Shown here: in pieces, positions 27,995 to 39,228 of the stretch
Layout: every line of letters begins with the position of its first letter
Position numbering within the stretch: position 1 is the stretch's first letter
Source of the DNA: a virus
Lineage: Duplodnaviria > Caudoviricetes
Strand: one strand, 5' to 3'
DNA: 64,000 nt
Virus record (IMG/VR): IMGVR_UViG_3300005573_001593
Span: 1-64,000 of that record
Made by a program: the position numbers and the translations under genes
Notes under the pieces: model-generated
Told to the model about the DNA's origin: nothing
The model's database searches: none
Seen by the model: only the letters and a program-made list of their open reading frames with translations

Positions 27995-29104
27995 ATGCGG
28001 CCGCGGCTGACCCTCTGCAAAATCAGCCGCGGATATCACAGATAGTCCACAGGTTGGCGAGCAGAGAAGAGCGCTCCGGATGTCTCGGTCCAGAGCGCTG
28101 CTATGCGTGAGGCATGATTCTACTGCGCCACGAGCACACGGGTCTCAGCGACCATGCAGTCGGTGTGCTCCGAGCGCAGGTGCAGATCACGCCGTCCATC
28201 TCGTCCACCTTGAGCAAGAGGACACACAATCTGTCGTCATTAGAGCCGCGAGTGGGAGCGCTACGATTTCCCGCTCAGTACCTCTCCAATCGTTCTCAGC
28301 GCGAGGTTTTGCCCTGATCACTGCTATACCAGCTTTATTGCCCTGCACGTGATACAGTGCTTGTGACCTGCCGTGGGACTGGCTTGAACACTGGGCCAGC
28401 CTCCTTTCCGCTCAACCACGGGGAGTGTCTCACGGCGGGTCTTGTTTTCCCTCTACTCCACGCCCTCAAGTCGCCGCCTCCCTCGCGCGCTGCTGGATGG
28501 ATCGTGACTGATACCCTTTAGCTGTTAACGAGGACAGTGGGTGGATGCGAAAGGGAATGGAGTAGTCTGTCTCCGCTGGGTCGCCGGGCGTCAACATGAC
28601 GGCGCCCGGCTGAGAATCAGACTCATACCGGGCGCCGCTGAACCTGTGGGCGTGCGCATTGTCATCCTAACGTGTGGCGCGTCAGTAGCTTCCCCCCGCC
28701 ATGCCATCACCAGCCCAGCAAACCACGCCAGGCCATGCCACGGCACGCCGCGCCCTCAGGCTCACCATCTCTCGCTGCATCACCTATGCCAGTGGTGTTA
28801 CTGTTCTCAACCACCTACGCTTACAAGCGGCGAATAGGAATTAGCACTCGCAACAGGCCAACCTCCATGCCTACCATTGTCACGATAGGAGGGGCAGCAC
28901 ATCGAGAGGAAACGTGGTGTGGCCTGGCTGGCTGATAGTACTCATTGTCACAAATCATGCCCATATGGACATCACCCACGTTATGTGAGCTAGTAGTGTC
29001 TCGTGTAGGAAGGCACTTACGGTTAACCGGCAAGGTAGCGATTTGATCTTGTATGGTAGTCTCTATGTCCTTGCGTTGTCAGGGGGGAGAAAGTCAGGGC
29101 GGTC

Positions 29105-29500
29105 ATGGATGCGATGCCGATCCTCATCGTGGAGAACTACGCAATCCTGCGCGAGATCCTACGATTGATTCTCGAACTGGAAGGGTATATCGTTTACGAG
29201 GCCCGGGACGGGTGTGAGGCGTTGCACTACTTGCGTGCAAGTGCGCAACCATTGATCGTCTTATTGGACTGGCATCTGCCAGGCCTGCCTGGGCGGGCGG
29301 CCCTCTACGCTCTGGCTGCCGATGCACCACAAGCGCGCCGTCATGCCTACATCCTCTACACGGCAGCCAGTTGTCCTCTCGACTTGCTAGCACAGGTACC
29401 TCCTGGCTTTCGTGTCACAACCCTCTCCAAGTTTAGCGGAGTTGACGAGCTACTGTATGCAGTGAAGCAAGCGATCAATCAAATTGCAGGGGACAGATGA
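29105..29500 (+). CDS. Stand-alone response-regulator receiver domain
   Basis: ILIVEN...GYIVYEARDGCEAL...VLLDWHLPGLPG; atypical EN in place of the first acidic pair. Confidence 0.8.
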   Translation: MDAMPILIVENYAILREILRLILELEGYIVYEARDGCEALHYLRASAQPLIVLLDWHLPGLPGRAALYALAADAPQARRHAYILYTAASCPLDLLAQVPPGFRVTTLSKFSGVDELLYAVKQAINQIAGDR

Positions 29501-30338
29501 TGTTGCAGTGTCGCGTTGCCCCCTATCCGCATGCTACGGTGGAGAGGAAAGTCAGCCATCACTTAACCGCTATGGCATCAACCATCACGCCGACATACCC
29601 GCAATCACTCGATGGTAGATCTTGCGTTACCTGCGATAAGCAGGTAGACTGCGAGCCGATGGCCAGTGACTTCATTGTCGTTGGACCATAGGCTGGGCAA
29701 GGAAGCACAGCCGGGGGGACTACGCCTGACACATCTGGCTAGGAGATAGACGACGATGGCGGCGACATTGATTGACTGGATTGTCGCTATTGGCACAATT
29801 GCAGGTCCAGCTGTGTCTGCCTTTGCAGTTAAGAGCACTGTCTAGCGTCGCCATGCTAGGGGACTGTTATTCGGTTACTGGAAGTGCTTCACACTAGGCA
29901 CGTTTCCTCTTGGTCATCATCTCGCTGTATGTATGCTACAATAGCGCCGCATACACAGATGAGCCCCTTACCCCTAGAGAGGACCTCCGCTGATGACTGA
30001 GCTCATATGGGATGGCAAGTACAAGGATGGTAAACGTGTCGCTCCCGTGCGTATCGCCCTGCCCTTCCAGACCGTCGAGACTGTAAACGAATCCGCGCAG
30101 GTACGTGCACGCCAGTATGATCTCTGGGCGCAGGGACAGCCAACAGAGTGGCGCAACCGGCTCATCTGGGGCGACAAAAAGTATGTGCTGCCTTCGCTGC
30201 TGGCCGAATTCGTGGGCAAGGTGAACCTGATCTACATAGACCCACCATTTGCCACTGGAGATGACTTCTCCTTCACTGCTACCATTCCTGAGGCGGATGA
30301 CAGATTTATCAAAGAACCGAGTATGATCGAGCAGAAGG

Positions 30339-31731
30339 GGTCAAGTCCGAACTCATCTGTAAATTGGGGTCTCTGGTAGACCCTGGGAATCATGCGAGTT
30401 GGAGCATTGGCGCCTCCTGGCTGAACAAAGGCTGCTGGGACGGGCGCTCGCGCCACAGCCAGTAGGCGGTCATGTCGAAATAGCGGTGGCTTGTGGTCCA
30501 GACTTCATCCTGCTCCATCAGCAGGGCCCCAACCAGACGTACGACCGAGTCTCGGTTGGGAAAGATACGGATGACGCGCTCACGGCGGCGAATCTCCTCA
30601 TTGAGCCGCTCGACGCCATTGGTGGTACGCAGGCGCTTGCGGTACGGCGCTGGTAGTGCGAGGACAGCAGTGGCATCCTCAAAGCCGCGCTCCAACGCCT
30701 TGACGGCGCCCGGCGCGGTCTGCTGGTAGTCGGCGACGAAGGTGGCCAGCAGCGTGCGCGCGGTGGCCTCGTCAGGCGCCTCGAAGATCGGACGCAGGCG
30801 AGCATGCACCTCTTCCTGGAGCGCCTTGGGTGTGGCGTCGGCGATGTTGGCCGACAGGTGCGTCTGGCAACGTTGCCAGGTGGCACCCTGGAACTGGATC
30901 TGCACGGCCTTAACCAATCCGCCGTGGTGGTCGGAGACCACCAGATCGACACCGGATAATCCACGGGCTTTGAGCCAGATGAAGAACTCCATCCACGTGC
31001 GCTCACTCTCGCTGTCGCCGATCCGCAAGCCCAGCACCTCACGGTAGCCAGCGTCGTTGACGCCGGTCGCCACCAGCGCGCTGACTGCCCGCACGCGTCC
31101 CTCTTCGCGCACCTTCACGACCAGCGCATCCACCAGCACGAACGGGTAGCGCTGCGCTGACAGGTCGCGTTCGTTCCAGGCTGCCACCAGCGGATCGAGC
31201 GCCTTACAGAGATCGGAGACGGTCGACTTGGCGAAGCTCGTTCCACACAACTCCTCAGTGATGCGCGCCACTTTGCGCGTCGAGACGCCGTTGACCACCA
31301 TTTCCATGAGCGTGAGCACCAAGGCTTGTTCGCTGCGCTGATAGCGGGCGAAGAGCTCCGTCGAGAACTGCCCGTCTCGGACTTGTGGCACTTGCAGCGT
31401 CAGTGCGCCTACCCGCGTGGTCAGTTGGCGGGGCTTGTAGCCGTTGCGGTACCCCTGCCGCTGCTCGCTGCGTTCATACGGCGCGACCTGGAGTTGCTCG
31501 GTGACTTGGGCGTTCAAGACTTGATTCAAGACCGCCTCCAGCAAACGACCTAGCTGGCCGTCTCCGGTAAACAGGCGTTGCACGCTCTCGCTATCTAGCG
31601 TAAGCTGGTACTGCATCACGGGTGTCCTCTCTTGGCTAGCTGACGGTTTGGTCACTATCAGTCTACCAGAGAGGCCCCGCTTCCCTTACCTAGCAGGCGC
31701 TTCCCAATTTACAGATGATACCGGACTCAAT
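30339..31731 (-). mobile_element. IS256-family insertion sequence
   Basis: Imperfect terminal IRs sharing AGTCCG-N3-TCATCTGTAAATTGGG; duplicated target AGCAGAAGG at 30330-30338 and 31732-31740; subterminal IR TCTCTGGTAGAC. Confidence 0.92.
30390..31655 (-). CDS. IS256/Mutator-family DDE transposase
   Basis: RNGYKPRQL, YPFVLVDAL, VVSDHHGGL, WQRCQTH, RTTNGVERLNEEIRRR. The true start may be ATG 31616. Confidence 0.95.
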   Translation of the reverse strand: MTKPSASQERTPVMQYQLTLDSESVQRLFTGDGQLGRLLEAVLNQVLNAQVTEQLQVAPYERSEQRQGYRNGYKPRQLTTRVGALTLQVPQVRDGQFSTELFARYQRSEQALVLTLMEMVVNGVSTRKVARITEELCGTSFAKSTVSDLCKALDPLVAAWNERDLSAQRYPFVLVDALVVKVREEGRVRAVSALVATGVNDAGYREVLGLRIGDSESERTWMEFFIWLKARGLSGVDLVVSDHHGGLVKAVQIQFQGATWQRCQTHLSANIADATPKALQEEVHARLRPIFEAPDEATARTLLATFVADYQQTAPGAVKALERGFEDATAVLALPAPYRKRLRTTNGVERLNEEIRRRERVIRIFPNRDSVVRLVGALLMEQDEVWTTSHRYFDMTAYWLWRERPSQQPLFSQEAPMLQLA

Positions 31732-33385
31732 AGCAGAAGGCGTATCGGGATACTTGGGGCCGCGGACTCGACAGCTATCTGCAATGGTTCTATGAGGCAG
31801 TTGTGCTACTAAGAGAACTGCTGACCGAGGATGGGAGTATCTACGTTCACCTGGATTGGCATGTGGGTCACTATGCAAAAGTCATAATGGATGAAGTATT
31901 CGCCTATGACAATTTCATAAACCAGATTGTATGGAAACGACAGACCGCTCACAGCGATTATGGGCAAGGTGCTAAGCACTTTGGACGCTTACATGACACC
32001 ATCCTGTTCTACTCAAAGTCTACAGAGTTTGTCCTGAATCCCGCCTATAAAGCCTATGATGCCGAGTACATAAAGAGCCACTACAGCCTTATAGAGGAAG
32101 AAACAGGGCGGCGTTATCAACTCGGAGACCTCACTGGACCCGGCGGACAATCGAAGGGTAATCCTTATTACGAACTGATGGGATTCACAGGATATTGGCG
32201 GTACTCGAAGGAACATATGGCAGAACTTGTCGCTGCTGGACGTGTTATACAGCCAAGTCCTGGTTCTCGCCCTCGTCAGAAGCGTTACTTGGACGAGATG
32301 TCTGGTTTACCAGTTCAGGACGTATGGGATGATATCAACCCGATTAACTCTCAAGCGCGAGAATCTATAGGCTATGCCACCCAGAAGCCGGAAGCTCTTC
32401 TCGAACGCATCATCAAGGCTTCTTCCAACGAAGGCGACCTTGTGCTCGACTGCTTCTGTGGCAGTGGCACAACAGCGGCAGTCGCGGAGAAACTGGGGCG
32501 CAGGTGGATCGCTGCTGATCTTGGCCGCTTCGCCATCCACACTACGCGCAAGCGACTATTGAGCATTGAAAACGTCAAGCCATTTGCCGTCCAGAACCTC
32601 GGCAAGTACGAGCGGCAGGCGTGGCAAGTAAATGAGTTCGCGGGCGGAGATGTGCGACAGTCGGCACAGGCGCAACTTGGCTATCGCCGCTTCATGCTCG
32701 ATCTCTACCGCGCCCAGCCGATCTCCGGCTATACGTGGCTGCATGGAGTGCGTGACGGGCGGCTCGTGCATGTCGGCAGCGTAGACGCGCCAGTAGCCGT
32801 CGGTGACGTGCAGCAGATCGTCAAGGAGTTCTGGAAGACTCGTGGGCAAGCGATGACGAATGGCGTGGATGTGCTCGGGTGGGACTTCGCCTTTGAGCTG
32901 AACGAGGTCGCCGCGCAGATGGCGGCGGAGGCCAGCGTCACCCTCAAGTTCAAGCGTGTGCCGCGTGAGGTGCTGGAGAAGAAGGCAGTCGAACAGGGCG
33001 ATATCAGGTTCTTTGAGCTGGCCGCGCTGAGCACACGCGTCAGCCAGAAAGCAGGTGATATGCTCGATGCTCCGGCGCGTGAGCATGGGCCGCACGTCAC
33101 CATCACGCTCACCGATTTCGTCGTGCCGCCGGATGATGTGCCGGAAGACGTGCAGCGAGCCGTCAAGCACTGGAGCCAGTGGATTGACTACTGGGCGGTG
33201 GACTGGGACTTCAAGGGCGACGCCTTCCACAATATGGCGCAGACCTACCGCACGCGCAAAGACCCGCAGCTTCAGACGAGCCTCGCGCACCTGTACGAGC
33301 AGCCCGGTACCTACACCGTCGTCGTGAAAGTTATTGACATCCTTGGCAACGACACGACCAAGACACTCACGGTGGAGGTGCGCTG

Positions 33386-35950
33386 ATGGCTCGCCGGAAG
33401 GGCACGGAAGCGGACGCTTACAACCTTGCGCTCTTCGACAAGCAGGAATACCTCAAGACCGCACCATGCGTGCCCGCCCTGCGGCGCAAGGTGGTCGAAT
33501 GGCGTGATGCCGACTACGAAGGCGCAACGGCAACGACCCGCAGCCTACTCCGGTGGTGGTTTAGAAACGATCATCGCATGCCGGATGGGCGCCTCTTCGC
33601 CTACCACTCGTCGCAGCGTGAAGCCATCGAGACGCTGATCTACACGTACGAAGTCGCGAAAGTACGCACCCGGCAGGAGCTCCTGGAACACTTCGCACGC
33701 GCCGGGGAGCAGATTCGCCTGCCACCGGATGATGACTTCGCGCGCTATTGCACGAAGATGGCGACTGGCTCCGGCAAGACCAAGGTCATGTCGCTGGCTA
33801 TCGCGTGGCACTACTGGAATGCGGTCATGGAGGCAGACGGCAGCGACTACGCCACCACCTTCCTGATCGTCGCGCCCAACGTCATCGTGCTGGAGCGGCT
33901 CAAGGCCGATTTCGCGGGTGGACGCATCTTCCAGGCTGATCCCGTCATGCCGCCGCACCTGCGCTACCTCTGGGATGTCGAGACGATGGTGCGCGGTGAC
34001 GGTGAGCGAGTGCACTCCGATGGGTTGGTCCTGCTCACCAATATCCAGCAACTCTATGAGCGCCCAGAGAAAGCCAACGGCGACGAACCGGAGGCACTTG
34101 CGGCGGTACTTGGTCCCAAAGGGCCGGCACCGCGCGGCGAGTCCGCCGATTTTCTGGACGCTATTGCCAGACGCAGCGGCAAGTTGCTTGTGCTCAACGA
34201 CGAGGCGCACCATACCCACGATGAGGACAACGAGTGGAATAACGTCATCAAGCGGTTGCATAGCGTCACGCCCATCGCGAGCCAGGTGGACTACTCCGCG
34301 ACACCGCGCTTCCAGAAGGGTGCGCTCTTCCCGTGGGTCATCTCAGACTATCCGCTCAAACAGGCCATTCTCGATGGCGTCGTGAAGCGTCCATACAAGG
34401 GTGTGGCGGATATTCACGAGGCGCCATCGGAGTATGCCAGCATCCGCTACGAGGGCTATCTCACCGCGGGTGTGCAGCGCTGGCGTGAGTATCGCGACCA
34501 GTTGGCTGACGTCGGCAAGCGCCCGTTGCTCTTCCTGATGCTCAACAGCACCAGTGAAGCCGATGACGTCGGCGACTGGCTGCGCACGAAGTACCCCGAG
34601 GACTTCGCGGGTGACAAGACGCTGGTTATCCATACCAAGAGCGATGGCGAGATCACGACGAAAGACCTCGAAACGGCGCGCAGGATTTCCCGTGAAGTGG
34701 ACAGCCCCGATTGCCCGGTCAATGCCATCGTGAGCGTGCTGATGCTGCGGGAAGGCTGGGACGTGCAGAATGTCACCGTCGTGGTGGGCTTGCGCCCGTA
34801 CAGCGCGAAGGCGAACATTCTGCCGGAGCAGACCATCGGGCGTGGTCTTCGGCTGATGTTCCGCGATCAGGGGTTGAGCTACCGCGAGCGGGTGGACATC
34901 ATCGGCAACAAGGCATTCTTGGACTTTGTCGAAGATCTGGAGCGACTGGAAGAGCTGAGCCTCGATTCCTTCCAGGTCGGCAAGGACAAACTCTCCATCC
35001 TCACGATTCATCCGGTGCTGCCAGACAAGAGGGCATTTGACATCGCCTTCCCGCAACTCAGTCCCATCCTGCAGCGCAAGAAGTCGCTGGCGGAGGAGAT
35101 CGCAGCCATTGACGTACGCCGCTTCCTCTGTCCACCACTGCCCAAGCGCCCCGGTGACATGGCAGAGCGGCAGTTTCGCTACGAGGGCTACGACTTCATC
35201 ACGCTGGAACGCGAGTTTGAGCGCGAGTACAGCATCCCGACCCCACAGACCTCCGGTGAGGTCATCGGCTACTACGCGCGGATGATTGCCAAGGATCTCA
35301 AGCTGCCCTCACAGTTCCACGTGCTCGCGCCCAAGGTGCGGGAGTTCTTTGAAATCAAAGCGTTTGGAGAGCCCGTGGATCTGGATGACCCGGCGATCAT
35401 TCAGGCGATGAGCCGACCAGCGGTGGGCTACGTGGTCAAGCGCCTCTTCACTGCGGCACTGAGCAGCCGCCTGATCGAGGAACTGGAGCCGGAGTTACTG
35501 ACCGAGCCTCGCTACCTCTCCGAGACGCAGCCGTTCCCCTTCTCCAATGGCAACGCTGTGGACGGGCACAAGTGCATCCTCAACTACGCGCCCTGTACCA
35601 ACGAATTTGAGAAGCAATTCGGGCGGTTCCTCGATGGCGCGGGGGATATTACGGCGTGGTGCAAGATTCCCGACAGCTTCAAGTTCAGCATCGAGTACAC
35701 CGACCAGAACGCCAGCCTGCGCTACTACTATCCCGACTTTGTCGCTATTGCGGACGACGGCACACACTGGATCATCGAGACGAAGGGTGCGGAGACGGTG
35801 GAGGTGGCCTACAAAGACCGCGCTGCGCGCCTCTGGTGTGACAATGCCACGGACCTCACGGACATGCGGTGGGAGTACGTTAAGGTGCAGCAGAAGGCAT
35901 TCTACGAGATGCAGCCAGCGGTCTTCGCGGATATTACACTGATGCGGTAA
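33386..35950 (+). CDS. res: Type III restriction endonuclease/helicase subunit (Res)
   Basis: KMATGSGKT, NDEAHH, LREGWD, QTIGRGLR; C-terminal YYPDFV...IETKG nuclease; coupled to mod. Confidence 0.9.
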   Translation: MARRKGTEADAYNLALFDKQEYLKTAPCVPALRRKVVEWRDADYEGATATTRSLLRWWFRNDHRMPDGRLFAYHSSQREAIETLIYTYEVAKVRTRQELLEHFARAGEQIRLPPDDDFARYCTKMATGSGKTKVMSLAIAWHYWNAVMEADGSDYATTFLIVAPNVIVLERLKADFAGGRIFQADPVMPPHLRYLWDVETMVRGDGERVHSDGLVLLTNIQQLYERPEKANGDEPEALAAVLGPKGPAPRGESADFLDAIARRSGKLLVLNDEAHHTHDEDNEWNNVIKRLHSVTPIASQVDYSATPRFQKGALFPWVISDYPLKQAILDGVVKRPYKGVADIHEAPSEYASIRYEGYLTAGVQRWREYRDQLADVGKRPLLFLMLNSTSEADDVGDWLRTKYPEDFAGDKTLVIHTKSDGEITTKDLETARRISREVDSPDCPVNAIVSVLMLREGWDVQNVTVVVGLRPYSAKANILPEQTIGRGLRLMFRDQGLSYRERVDIIGNKAFLDFVEDLERLEELSLDSFQVGKDKLSILTIHPVLPDKRAFDIAFPQLSPILQRKKSLAEEIAAIDVRRFLCPPLPKRPGDMAERQFRYEGYDFITLEREFEREYSIPTPQTSGEVIGYYARMIAKDLKLPSQFHVLAPKVREFFEIKAFGEPVDLDDPAIIQAMSRPAVGYVVKRLFTAALSSRLIEELEPELLTEPRYLSETQPFPFSNGNAVDGHKCILNYAPCTNEFEKQFGRFLDGAGDITAWCKIPDSFKFSIEYTDQNASLRYYYPDFVAIADDGTHWIIETKGAETVEVAYKDRAARLWCDNATDLTDMRWEYVKVQQKAFYEMQPAVFADITLMR

Positions 35951-36031
35951 TGGTTGCGTTCAGTCCCGGCATCAGAATGCTCCTAGCAAGTGCGATATGG
36001 AGCCTGTTGTAGGCGATGGGAGTGCGTGGAC

Positions 36032-37312
36032 ATGGAAGAGCAGCCCCACGAAGAAACACTCGACGTATTGAACCCTGGTTTTGATCGGACATGTGCGATG
36101 TCGTGGCCATTTGCCCATCGTCTCAGCCCAACCTATGGCCTTCCCGAGCACGGCACGGCGGGAACCCAGTCAGTTCCGATGCCGGATCCCTGGACGCGAT
36201 TGCTCTGGTGGGAATCACAATGGCAGGCAGAAATCGGCATCAAAGACCTATGCGCTCAACCGTACATTGATCTGCAAAACCTGCCAGGAATGGGCTATGG
36301 TGACGAAATAGCTGTACCAACACGAGCTTGGTATCCCTATGCACTCTGCAGTTCGCAAACTGATCGTATCAAGACCGCCGCACGCACTATCTCAGCGCTC
36401 GCTCGGCAGGCTCGTGAGCTCTATGCGGCAGCTGCGGCAAGTGATGTGACCGATGTCAGTAAGCCAATCTTGTATTTCTACGGAGCTGAAGCTCTTGCTC
36501 AGGCCGTTATCATTTCTTTGTTTGGAGTTGAACGGTTTGAGTCGAGGCACGCGCGAGAGCATGGTCTAAACTGCCCGCGTGAGCACGGCGTGACGACAAG
36601 GCACCCAGATGGGGTAAAGTGGCCGACTACGATTGAGTGGAAGCCCAAGGGCATCTTTGCCATGTTCTATCGTGCAACACGCTGGGATCGTTTGTACGAC
36701 TGCTGTTCAACCCACAGCGCGTGGAAGTCAATCACCTCAACGGTCACTCCTGAGTTTCATGTATTGGAATGTATCCGCTGGTTGGGACTCGACTGGGGTA
36801 CGTTGCCAGCGACCGGATTTGAAATAGAGCAGCCATATCAGGCGGTACCAGCCTCACGTCTTGAGCCGCTACTTATGGTGTATCGGCCTGGTGGTCACCT
36901 GTTTCTGTCCATTCACACCCCTCGCCCGTTCCCATCTGTTAACGTTCCACGCGCTATAGTCCAGTACATGCTGCTGTTCTACTTCTCGATACTTGCTCGG
37001 TACCATACCGTCATCTGGCAGGAGTTACTTGCAGGTGTGGAGGAGCCGGAAGGCTTCGTATTCCGCGTTGCGTTTGAACAGGTGGCACTCGACTTCCTGA
37101 ACGAGATGACATCTCTGCTGCCGAGACCATTCCCCGATGGACGCACACGGCCTATCGCATGGTATACAGGCTCCAAAGAGGAGTTATTGCGCGACTGGTA
37201 TCGTCCAGACAAAATATTGGTTGGTGGTCCACACTTGCCGCCGATGAAGTGGTATTACTGGCAGGAATGGCAGGGTGAACCGAGCGTCACGTGTCCCGAA
37301 AGGCAGCGTTGA
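36032..37312 (+). CDS. YaaC-like protein
   Basis: KPILYFYG, HGL and LLFYFSILARY...W motifs. Confidence 0.65.
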   Translation: MEEQPHEETLDVLNPGFDRTCAMSWPFAHRLSPTYGLPEHGTAGTQSVPMPDPWTRLLWWESQWQAEIGIKDLCAQPYIDLQNLPGMGYGDEIAVPTRAWYPYALCSSQTDRIKTAARTISALARQARELYAAAAASDVTDVSKPILYFYGAEALAQAVIISLFGVERFESRHAREHGLNCPREHGVTTRHPDGVKWPTTIEWKPKGIFAMFYRATRWDRLYDCCSTHSAWKSITSTVTPEFHVLECIRWLGLDWGTLPATGFEIEQPYQAVPASRLEPLLMVYRPGGHLFLSIHTPRPFPSVNVPRAIVQYMLLFYFSILARYHTVIWQELLAGVEEPEGFVFRVAFEQVALDFLNEMTSLLPRPFPDGRTRPIAWYTGSKEELLRDWYRPDKILVGGPHLPPMKWYYWQEWQGEPSVTCPERQR

Positions 37313-37354
37313 TTCTGCATCTGGCCCAGTTTAAGAGCAGACGTAAGGAGTAAC

Positions 37355-37651
37355 TTGGTGGACCCTATCGCTGAGACGGTACTGGCTACGGCCGTACGTG
37401 ATGGTGGCCAAAATCCGACGTTTGCTGGTGGACCATTCGACCTGGGCAAAGGGAAAACACTCTATCCCGTCAAAGCTGAGTGGGCTGATGAAAGCATCAT
37501 ACTGCCCGGAAAGATACGACTGTATGTCGTGTCGCAGGATGCCAATCTCAACATCACGGTGACGATGTATTCGCTTGGTGAGATCCAGGAAGAGGATGTG
37601 GGTGACGTCGCTGCGACGATGCGCGATGCGGTTGCACATGATGAGCTCTAG
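37355..37651 (+). CDS. Hypothetical protein
   Basis: GTG start after AAGGAG. Confidence 0.5.
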   Translation: MVDPIAETVLATAVRDGGQNPTFAGGPFDLGKGKTLYPVKAEWADESIILPGKIRLYVVSQDANLNITVTMYSLGEIQEEDVGDVAATMRDAVAHDEL

Positions 37652-37777
37652 CAGCTATGGGCACAGGAGCGTTGAGCAGTAGTGGGAGCTGGAGGCGAAT
37701 TGCGCAAATATGGTCGTACCATGAGCGGTACGACCTGCGACGACGGCACTCAGACGCACTGCTCGTATACGAGCGAT

Positions 37778-38014
37778 CTAGCGTTCCACCGATTCCTCGC
37801 GTTTTCCCTGACGATGAGCCGGCCACGCGACATCATCCAGTCCCACGCCGAAGAGCTCGGCCAGATCGCAGGCCAATCCCATCCGCGGTTCTTGTTTGTC
37901 ACCTTCCAAGCTGGCGATCGTCTTCAGGCTCACATGCACGGCTGCGGCCACGTGCTCGCGTGACCAGCCTCGTTCGGTCCGCAACTCCCTGAGCGTCTTG
38001 CGCTTCCGCTCCAT
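37778..38014 (-). CDS. Small XRE-family HTH regulator (Cro-like)
   Basis: LRELRTERGWSREHVAAAVHVSLKTIASLE...PRMGLACDLAELFGV. Confidence 0.85.
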   Translation of the reverse strand: MERKRKTLRELRTERGWSREHVAAAVHVSLKTIASLEGDKQEPRMGLACDLAELFGVGLDDVAWPAHRQGKREESVER

Positions 38015-38168
38015 AGCCGTATCCTCCCAGTGTGTCGCGCCATGTAGTTTTCTTCTCCCGTAATTCTACCACAACATTACTTCCGGATTTGGGCCTGTCT
38101 GACGGAATAAGTATATGTAGCAAACTTCTAGTAGTTAACTTCATAAGACAAGGAGAAAGGATAGCGCA

Positions 38169-38447
38169 ATGCGTGACATGTCCTCTCACGAAGTCAATCA
38201 GCAGCTCGCTCGCGGTCTCGCACGCGCGCTTGAACAGCACGTCACCATCGCCGCGCGGGGATTCGTCACGGCGACAGGCGATCAGTTCTTCATCGTCAAT
38301 AGCGCCAGCCACAACGGCACGCAGTACCTTGTGGCTGCGGTCGGTAGCCGCCTGGTCTGCTCGTGCCCTGCTGGTGAGCACGACCTCATCTGCAAGCACG
38401 TTGCGCTCGTGCGTGCGCTGCTCGTCGCTGAGCGCATGGTCGTCTAG
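38169..38447 (+). CDS. SWIM zinc-finger protein
   Basis: YLV...CSCPAGEHDLICKHV (CxC...CxH). Confidence 0.75.
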   Translation: MRDMSSHEVNQQLARGLARALEQHVTIAARGFVTATGDQFFIVNSASHNGTQYLVAAVGSRLVCSCPAGEHDLICKHVALVRALLVAERMVV

Positions 38448-38502
38448 AGGAAGTGGTGTGGAGGTGACGCACTATCACCTCCACTTCAGGGGAGATGACA
38501 CG

Positions 38503-38817
38503 ATGACATTCTCGATGAGTGATGGCATGCAGACCGAGCGTGTACAAGATGCGCGAGGCATTCTGCAGCAATGGACGCTTGATGACGGGCGCGTGCTCAG
38601 GACGCCGGAAGACTTCGATGAGGCGCTTTCTGCCTGCCCTATGACTACTTCGGGTAATGAAGACTTCGATCTCTTGTGCGCCGTGATTGACCATCTAGGG
38701 CAGCGCTGCACCGCTATTGCGATGTGGCCGGATGACAGACCGCACGCGACGATTCTCGTGCGCTTCGATGACGGCTACGAACTGTATGTCATGGATACGG
38801 ACTGCCGGTTCGACTAA
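38503..38817 (+). CDS. Hypothetical protein
   Basis: ATG after GGAG; in frame with the ORF-track ORF ending at 38817. Confidence 0.5.
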   Translation: MTFSMSDGMQTERVQDARGILQQWTLDDGRVLRTPEDFDEALSACPMTTSGNEDFDLLCAVIDHLGQRCTAIAMWPDDRPHATILVRFDDGYELYVMDTDCRFD

Positions 38818-38834
38818 GGTGTGGGAGGAGAGAT

Positions 38835-39038
38835 ATGGTGGTGCCATCAGGTGATATGGTCACGGTGATCTTCAAGTGTCTGGACTGCCTCAACCTGTTT
38901 GGACGGGTGGGGCAGGATACCGGCGAGGGCTCAATCGATCTTGGCCCGATTGAGCAGGATGATCCGGCGCGTTGCCCCCGTTGCGGATCGGATGACACCT
39001 TGCCATGGGAAGTCATGCCGAGACCTACTGGCGAATGA
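38835..39038 (+). CDS. Small zinc-ribbon protein
   Basis: CLDC...CPRCGS; GGAGGAG RBS. Confidence 0.55.
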   Translation: MVVPSGDMVTVIFKCLDCLNLFGRVGQDTGEGSIDLGPIEQDDPARCPRCGSDDTLPWEVMPRPTGE

Positions 39039-39228
39039 TACAGATACGCTTGTGCGGACGAATTCACCTATATCATCGCGCCATCGCGTCACACTACTGC
39101 CGACAAACGCCACTCATGGTGCTGGCAATAGCAGACACATTCGACCAAGCAAATGGAGCGCTATCCACGTGAATAACGCTCCATTTGCTGTTGCTTGCGG
39201 CCAGATAACTACAGATTTTCGTGCATCA

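Larger units (their letters stand above)
29993..33386 (+). pseudogene. mod: Type III R-M methyltransferase (Mod), interrupted by IS256
   Basis: The N-fragment has NLIYIDPPF; the C-fragment has YATQKPEALLERII and VLDCFCGSGTT. Joining 29993-30338 to 31741-33386 gives one open frame of 663 aa (…IEQK|AYRDTWG…). Confidence 0.9.

Noticed and set aside
30339-30379. Short complete methyltransferase ORF 29993-30379
   Set aside because: The last 13 codons come from the IS end; it is the N-terminal fragment of mod.
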